Of a stretch of 30,648 bases of DNA, positions 25,091 to 30,648 are shown piece after piece. The notes beneath the pieces were generated by a model. The model had not been told where the DNA came from, ran no database searches, and worked only from the letters and a program-made list of their open reading frames with translations. Position 1 is the stretch's first letter. Each line of letters starts with the position of its first letter. Source of the DNA: Candidatus Bathyarchaeia archaeon. GTDB taxonomy: Archaea > Thermoproteota > Bathyarchaeia > Bathyarchaeales > Bathycorpusculaceae. The translations under genes and the position numbers were made by a program. The stretch covers positions 1 to 30,648 of the forward strand of contig JBMFOB010000015.1 in assembly GCA_049969855.1 (NCBI GenBank), written 5' to 3'.

Positions 25091-26275
25091 ATGGAAAAAG
25101 CTCCTGGGTTAATGGTTGATAGAAAGTTTATTGCTTTAATGTTTCTTGTCTGTCTGGTTTTGGGCGGAAGTTTCGCTTTTATCTATTTGGATTTGAAGGC
25201 TGATTTCAAGGCTTTAAGCGATAAGTATACGCTTTTAGAGAATGAGTATGACACGCTTTACAAATATATGTGGCAGCTTCAAAACTTGACTGAATCGCAG
25301 TATTATGGGCAAGTAATTAACTTAACAGCTGTTCAAATATACAATTTAACTAAGTATTCTGTTGTTTTGATTTCATGCAACCTCTCAGACGGTTCTAGGG
25401 TTCAAGGTTCAGGTTTTGTTTATCTTGAGGGAGGATACATTGTTACAAACAGCCATGTTGTTGGAGAAGTAACTGAACAAGGCTTTGTAAGCGCTGAAAG
25501 CGTTAGTGTTACGTTTTTTAATGGAACAACCCTTCATGCACAAGTTTTGGCGCATGACGTTTACAGCGACTTAGCAGTAGTGAAAATAAATGACGCTGAA
25601 CTGGATAAGATACCTGAACTATCCCATCCATTAATTATTGGAAACTCAACTTTGTTAATGGTTGGAGAGCCTGTTTACGCCATTGGAAACCCATTTGGTT
25701 TGAGGGGTTCTATGACTGCTGGGATAGTTAGCCAGTTGGGTAGGGTTATACGTTTGGGCGATTTAGGCGTTCCCGACCCGTGGGGAAGATATTCTATAGT
25801 TGACCTTATACAGTTTGATGCTGCTGTTAATCCGGGCAATTCTGGTGGTCCGTTGCTTAATGGTTTGGGTGAAGTTGTTGGCGTAACCTTTGCTATAGAA
25901 ACTGTAGGGAATATTTCGGCTTTTATAGGGATAGGCTATGCTATACCCTCAGTAATCTTTGAACGGGTTGTTCCAGCCCTAATTGAAAACGGAACATATA
26001 AGCATCCTTACATGGGCATAGGATACGATAGCCAATACTTGGGTGGGATGAACATATCCTACGTTGAACCACATGGACCAGCAGATAACGCTGGCTTAAA
26101 AGTGAACGACATAATAATAGAAGTTGACAATCGCACCGTGACTTGTCCTGAAGATTTGGTTATTTATTTGGAGAGATACAAATCTCCGGGAGACGTCATA
26201 TACTTGAAGGTTATACGTAATGGCTCGATTTTGGATTACCTAATCGAGTTAAAATTGGGTGAAAGGGAAGCTTAG
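25091..26275 (+). CDS. htrA: HtrA/DegP-family membrane-anchored serine protease with PDZ domain
   Basis: TNSHVV (H), SDLAV (D), GNSGG (S); N-terminal TM; C-terminal PDZ. Confidence 0.92.
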   Translation: MEKAPGLMVDRKFIALMFLVCLVLGGSFAFIYLDLKADFKALSDKYTLLENEYDTLYKYMWQLQNLTESQYYGQVINLTAVQIYNLTKYSVVLISCNLSDGSRVQGSGFVYLEGGYIVTNSHVVGEVTEQGFVSAESVSVTFFNGTTLHAQVLAHDVYSDLAVVKINDAELDKIPELSHPLIIGNSTLLMVGEPVYAIGNPFGLRGSMTAGIVSQLGRVIRLGDLGVPDPWGRYSIVDLIQFDAAVNPGNSGGPLLNGLGEVVGVTFAIETVGNISAFIGIGYAIPSVIFERVVPALIENGTYKHPYMGIGYDSQYLGGMNISYVEPHGPADNAGLKVNDIIIEVDNRTVTCPEDLVIYLERYKSPGDVIYLKVIRNGSILDYLIELKLGEREA

Positions 26276-26285
26276 CCCTAACTTT

Positions 26286-27476
26286 TTAAATGTCTTGCAT
26301 TGCGAAGGCTACAGATGCCAAAACCACTGTGACTATTATTGCTGTTATGAATGGGTAAAAGGGTGAAATGCCGTAGAGAACGCCTCCTACATAAGGAGCA
26401 ATAAAAGAGGCGAACATTGTTACAGTTTGAGGTACAGAAATCCAGCGAGCTCTAATGGATTCTGGAGCCAAAGGTCCAACAACCGCCCCTAAAAGAGACC
26501 ATGTTAGATAGGAGCCGCCAGTTATGAAAAACGTTATTGTCAAAATTTCAAAATTTCCAAACAACAGGAGAAGCGCAAGGGAAAGGCTGCATAAGAGAAG
26601 AGAGGCTGCAAGTGCATAGGCTTTTCTCCATTTGTCTCCAATCTTGCCTAAAATGATTGCCAAAACTGCTGAGCCGAAAAAAGATATTGAGCCTAAAATG
26701 CCAATTTCAAAATCGCCATAACCATAAACGTCCCCAAGAAATTTTGGAACGAAAGGTCTGAACATCATTATGATGAACATCATGGAAGCAAAGAAAACCG
26801 AAAGTTTCAGCAGTTTTCTCGTCTTCAAAAGCTGAAAAAAGGAATAGCCTTCCTCTGAAGAGCGGGCAACGTAGCCTTTTGCTTTTTGACTTTTAATGAA
26901 TAGAAGAATCAGCGTAGCAATAGCATAAAAGGTTGAGGCTAAATAAAAAACAGTCCGCATCCCAACAATTCCAGCTAAATAACCGCCAAAGGCTGGAGAG
27001 AAAATGTACCCGAAAGACCATGAAGAAGAAATCATTGCGAAAGTTAATGTAACTCTTTTCTCGCCAGCAGCGCTTACAATGTAGGCTGTGCCCGTGGGTC
27101 CGCCAAGCCAAATACCCCACAAGAGCATTCCAGGCAACATTTCAATCCAGTTTTTTGCAAAGGAAAAAATTATTGGGGCTGGTAACCAAGCAATCCATCC
27201 AGCAAGCATAATCTTTTTACGGTCATACTTGTCTGCAAGTGTTCCAGCAAAAAGTAACGTTAAGGCTGTCACTAAAGTCATTACGGCATAGAGGATTCCA
27301 ACTTCAACAGAACCCGCATTAAGGCTGTTGGTTATATAGTATGGTAGGAGATAAGCGTAAAGACCATCTCCGAAAGAGCCCACCAAGTTACATATGTAAA
27401 TTAGTTTCAAATCTCTGTTTAAAACGTTCCATGGAAAGCTTGACTCCAAGATTTGCTGCAGCCTATTAAACCTCAT
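26286..27476 (-). CDS. MFS transporter (12-TM)
   Basis: GTLADKYDRKK and GKIGDKW motif A repeats. Confidence 0.9.
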   Translation of the reverse strand: MRFNRLQQILESSFPWNVLNRDLKLIYICNLVGSFGDGLYAYLLPYYITNSLNAGSVEVGILYAVMTLVTALTLLFAGTLADKYDRKKIMLAGWIAWLPAPIIFSFAKNWIEMLPGMLLWGIWLGGPTGTAYIVSAAGEKRVTLTFAMISSSWSFGYIFSPAFGGYLAGIVGMRTVFYLASTFYAIATLILLFIKSQKAKGYVARSSEEGYSFFQLLKTRKLLKLSVFFASMMFIIMMFRPFVPKFLGDVYGYGDFEIGILGSISFFGSAVLAIILGKIGDKWRKAYALAASLLLCSLSLALLLLFGNFEILTITFFITGGSYLTWSLLGAVVGPLAPESIRARWISVPQTVTMFASFIAPYVGGVLYGISPFYPFITAIIVTVVLASVAFAMQDI

Positions 27477-27575
27477 ACGCCTTCAAGCCTTAACGGTCGG
27501 CAATTTTATTGCCTTTCTATTCTTTAATGTTTAAAACAGTTTCATCATTATTTAACAAAAGTTTTGAAAGTAAGC

Positions 27576-28574
27576 TTACTTTCTTCTGTCAATTATGTCT
27601 AGAGCTTCTGGTCCTGTTCCGATAAGCACAACTGGAATTCCCGTTTGCTTTTCAATCTCTTTAACAAATTCCTTTGCCTCTTTCGGCAACTCTTCATAAG
27701 CTCTTGCACCTTTACATTGTGGATAAACGGCATCAAGTTTCGTTAACGCCGCTTGTGTAGCACCATTAATTTTCACGGCTTTCTTTGCCAATTCAAAATT
27801 GAACGGAGCCGAACGTCTATCTCGACCTGTTCCAGCAGCAGTTTCAAACCACCCACGCTTTTGGGCTTCCTCCTTCGTCAATTCTCCCGGCAATGGACCT
27901 GTGCCGACGCGGGTCATAAAAGCCTTAAACACTATGAGAACTTCGTCAACTTTTGTTGGTCCTACGCCTGCTTCTGAGCATATGGCTGCGGCGCTTGTGT
28001 CTCTTCCTGTTACGTATGGGTATGTTCCATGATAGAGTGACAATAGCAAACCTTGTGTTCCTTCGAGCAAGACTTTTTTGCCTTTATCTATGGCGTTATT
28101 TGCTTCTTCCGCCACTTCTGTTAGGTATGGCTTTAGTTCTGGAATGTCTTTTGCAATTTTTGCTGTTCTTCGAACACGTTCCTCAATTGCGGGTCCAACA
28201 CCCCAGCCTGTTGTTCCCAAACCTTTCAAGTGAGCACTTGTTTTGTCTTGGATTGAATGTTTCTCTTCAATTATGGAAGCCTGATAGTCCACGCCTATGC
28301 GGTTTTCAACTTTTGTTTCTTCAATTTCTTTAAGAAGTTGGGCAACGTGAACGTTTGAGCCTGCGCCGATTAGTAGTCGGCATTTTTCATAGACGAAGGC
28401 TGCTGGAACCATGTGCAATGCGTAACGTTTGCCCTCAATCCAAACTGTGTGGGCAGCATTAACCGAACCTGTCCTAACACAAAAATCCAGCTTATCCTTT
28501 AGGGCTATGTAGGAAACTATTTTTCCTTTACCTTCGTCTCCCCAGAAGGCTCCAGCTATAACTGTACACGGCAT
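27576..28574 (-). CDS. purA: Adenylosuccinate synthetase (short archaeal type)
   Basis: WGDEGKGK, EGTQG, GTYPYVT, TRVG.GP. Confidence 0.97.
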   Translation of the reverse strand: MPCTVIAGAFWGDEGKGKIVSYIALKDKLDFCVRTGSVNAAHTVWIEGKRYALHMVPAAFVYEKCRLLIGAGSNVHVAQLLKEIEETKVENRIGVDYQASIIEEKHSIQDKTSAHLKGLGTTGWGVGPAIEERVRRTAKIAKDIPELKPYLTEVAEEANNAIDKGKKVLLEGTQGLLLSLYHGTYPYVTGRDTSAAAICSEAGVGPTKVDEVLIVFKAFMTRVGTGPLPGELTKEEAQKRGWFETAAGTGRDRRSAPFNFELAKKAVKINGATQAALTKLDAVYPQCKGARAYEELPKEAKEFVKEIEKQTGIPVVLIGTGPEALDIIDRRK

Positions 28575-28641
28575 TTTATCGCCGTTGACAAAACTTGTTA
28601 CTGGTTATTTAAGAATTTTTGCTGGTTTTGTGTAAAATTCT

Positions 28642-28887
28642 TTAGTTTCTATCATCAGCCAAAACGAGGTTTAAGTTGAGTATTTCAGCCCATGCAATGT
28701 TCTTTAAAGGTATTCTAAACTCCTTTTCCTTTCTGTATGGAACACATTTAACAAGGATTTCCCTTCCAAACTCGTCTCTTAGAATTTCTGAAAAGCAAAC
28801 GTTCACTATTACTGACCCGTCTTTCAAGTGTAGGTTTACATTTTTTCCAAGGAAAGATTTCGCCGTGTTTAAGCCGAACCTCTCCAT
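28642..28887 (-). CDS. Small hypothetical protein, possibly Sm/LSm-like beta fold
   Basis: FLGKNVNLHLKDGSVI and IPLKNIAW resemble Sm1/Sm2 motifs. Confidence 0.6.
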   Translation of the reverse strand: MERFGLNTAKSFLGKNVNLHLKDGSVIVNVCFSEILRDEFGREILVKCVPYRKEKEFRIPLKNIAWAEILNLNLVLADDRN

Positions 28888-28890
28888 TCT

Positions 28891-29028
28891 CTACCACTCC
28901 AGATCTTTATTGGCTATTCTGCTCCAACATCGCCTACAAATTGGAAGTTTTTCTCCTTTAAACAGAATGTAAACTTCAATATCACTGCTTTTGCATTCTT
29001 TGTTCCATGGGTTTTTGCAATGTTCCAT
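28891..29028 (-). CDS. 45-aa Cys4 Zn-finger-like microprotein
   Basis: MEHCKNPWNKECKSSDIEVYILFKGEKLPICRRCWSRIANKDLEW*; GGAGGT RBS; stop 3 nt before the next ATG; below the ORF-track cutoff. Confidence 0.8.
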   Translation of the reverse strand: MEHCKNPWNKECKSSDIEVYILFKGEKLPICRRCWSRIANKDLEW

Positions 29029-29159
29029 TAAAGTGAACCTCCACTGGCAAGTTAATTCAAATGCTCAACTTTTCCTTTTAAAACTCTTTGCGAAACGACA
29101 AATGCATACTGTGGAGAGAGATAAGTTAAAGTGAACTTAACACAAACCATTTTCAGGAG

Positions 29160-29279
29160 AAGTTGAAGGTTGAACATGGAAGATTTAAGAAAAAGCAATG
29201 GAAGCCGGATTTGGCAGTGATTATGGATAAATGCGTAATGCAAGAGCACAAAAACTCTTTCCAAGGAGTAACCGCTTAA
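29160..29279 (+). pseudogene. Remnant of the C-terminus of a CoA-binding (YccU-like) protein
   Basis: EKAMEAG-frameshift-LAVIMDKCVMQEHK matches the A..AGL.V.MD.C...EH family tail. Confidence 0.55.
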
Positions 29280-29821
29280 ATTTGAATTATTTCCGGCATT
29301 ATTTTTTCTTTCGTTATTTTTAGCAAAGCCAAAGTTGGCTTCGTTATGAAAGGAGGAATGGGATTTGTTGGACTTCCAGGGTTTATGAAAAGAGTTTTTC
29401 CTTCCCATTTTATATTTGAGTTGTGAGTGTGTCCATAAACTAATACATCAAAGCAATTCTGCTTTGCAATTTCACGCATCTTCCCCATTCCAAAAAGGGC
29501 TCCAGGATCATGCATGACCCCAATCTTCCAATCAAAAACCCTAACAGAATTCATTTTCGGAAGTTTTCCACGGATTTCAGGTCCATCCATGTTTCCATAA
29601 ACAGCCAAAACAGGCGCCAACTGCTCTAAATCGTCAATTACGGATAATTGCACTAAATCGCCAGCGTGCACTATAAAATCCACCTTCTCAAAAACTTCAA
29701 AAACTCTTTTCGGAAGCACCATAGCCCTTAAAGGTATGTGAGTGTCAGAGATTAAACCAACAGTTTTTACCAAGGAATATTCGGGTTGTTTAGGAAGAAT
29801 CTTAGGTTGCTGATAAACCAT
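29276..29821 (-). CDS. Metallophosphoesterase, YfcE/MJ0936 (Vps29-like) family
   Basis: SDTH, HAGD, GNMD, GHTH, NPGS. Confidence 0.92.
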   Translation of the reverse strand: MVYQQPKILPKQPEYSLVKTVGLISDTHIPLRAMVLPKRVFEVFEKVDFIVHAGDLVQLSVIDDLEQLAPVLAVYGNMDGPEIRGKLPKMNSVRVFDWKIGVMHDPGALFGMGKMREIAKQNCFDVLVYGHTHNSNIKWEGKTLFINPGSPTNPIPPFITKPTLALLKITKEKIMPEIIQI

Positions 29822-29866
29822 TCAGATTTCCTCTCTAAACAATTTAGCGTTTCAGAAATAAGAATC

Positions 29867-30451
29867 TTAGCCAGAGGCTTTAGAAACAAACTTGTTGCCT
29901 TTTATGAAAAATCTTAACTCTTGCGGCAAATCAAATTTTACACCTATCCTATGGGAAGAAGAAATTTCAAAATTTTGCCCTTCTCCCTCACTCACTATTA
30001 ATGGGCCATTCCTTTTTGTAACGTAGGTTCCATTCAACTCTTCGGTTATTGCCAAAGCCTTTGCCAATTTTCCAGGACCATTAGTCAAAAAGCGCAAGTC
30101 CTTCACTTTTCTGTTCTTTTTCATAGTTTCCACTCCAAGAACTGGCTCCAAAGCCCTAATCAAAACGGCGCCCACATCACCTTTTGGATGGGCAACTATG
30201 TTTAGTAGCCAGTTTCCATGAACCATGTAAATGAAGGTTCTTCCAACATCTAAAAACATGATTTCATTAAACACTTTTCTTCCCTTGTAAGCTTTTGAGG
30301 CTGGGTCTTTTTCTCCATAATAGGCTTCTGTTTCAACAATCTTTCCAGACAAAATTGTGGAATTAATTTTTCTTATCAAAATTTTTCCAAGCAGTTCTTT
30401 GGCGACTACGTCTGGCTCTCTTTCATAGAAACTTTTGGGCAACACCCTCAT
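29867..30451 (-). CDS. mpg: DNA-3-methyladenine glycosylase (AAG/Mpg family)
   Basis: VAKELLGK, IVETEAY, AVLIRALEP, NGPGKL, RIG; true start MRVLPKSF at 30451. Confidence 0.92.
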   Translation of the reverse strand: MRVLPKSFYEREPDVVAKELLGKILIRKINSTILSGKIVETEAYYGEKDPASKAYKGRKVFNEIMFLDVGRTFIYMVHGNWLLNIVAHPKGDVGAVLIRALEPVLGVETMKKNRKVKDLRFLTNGPGKLAKALAITEELNGTYVTKRNGPLIVSEGEGQNFEISSSHRIGVKFDLPQELRFFIKGNKFVSKASG

Positions 30452-30532
30452 TTTCTCAACTCTAAATATAATTTTGGATTGATGAAATTTAAATTGTAAA
30501 AGATGGCTAAAGCATTTAAATGGTGTCATGGC

Positions 30533-30648
30533 TTGATAGAGTCCTATGATTTTAGCGTGATGGTTATAAATGGCAAAAAATACACAAGCGACCTCATAGT
30601 TTATCAGGAAAAAGTTTTTGACGGCTGGTGGAGAAAGGAAGGCCACAG
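30533..30648 (+). CDS. Mth938-like (DUF498/AAMDC) protein, partial
   Basis: Hand translation from TTG 30533: MIESYDFSVMVINGKKYTSDLIVYQEKVFDGWWRKEGH; WWRKEGH is characteristic of the family. Confidence 0.85.
   Translation, partial: MIESYDFSVMVINGKKYTSDLIVYQEKVFDGWWRKEGH

Noticed and set aside
30452-30646. 65-aa N-terminal extension of Mpg in the ORF track
   Set aside because: Overlaps the divergent Mth938-like gene; family similarity begins at MRVLPKSF
1-30648. CRISPR array, rRNA, intact IS transposase, and the many short antisense ORFs in the track
   Set aside because: No regularly spaced repeats, rRNA-like sequence or transposase catalytic domain seen; the antisense ORFs lie opposite well-supported genes and carry no motifs

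Overview
Archaeal chromosomal segment. Bathyarchaeia is likely, but this is inferred from gene style, archaeal tRNAs without encoded CCA and BHB introns at non-canonical positions. Bases 1-6368 are the right-hand part of an integrated mobile element abutting the 3' end of an intron-containing tRNA-Leu(TAA). It carries a ParB/Srx-domain gene cut by the window edge, several ribbon-helix-helix (RHH) regulators, an 843-aa primase-polymerase/NTPase Rep and a Zn-ribbon tyrosine integrase. Between tRNA-Arg(CCT) and tRNA-Cys(GCA) lies a decayed second island with an MFS exporter, a 4Fe-4S pseudogene and the C-terminal stump of a related integrase. The rest is mostly housekeeping: ThiF/MoeB, DNA ligase, glycosyltransferases, epimerase, AIR-synthase-like protein, radical SAM, ThiL, tRNA-Thr, intron-containing tRNA-Pro, HtrA, MFS, PurA, a phosphoesterase and Mpg, plus several pseudogenes the ORF track missed. 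Two observations stand out. (i) A threonine-synthase homolog has its PLP lysine replaced by Arg and is fused to a PadR-type winged helix, in a cluster with an amidohydrolase and an ECF S component; it may be an enzyme repurposed as a sensor-regulator. (ii) Inside the integrase ORF sit a palindromic operator, a TATA box and a multi-stem structured leader that hides an in-frame TTG. All protein calls come from motif recognition by eye; no database search was run.
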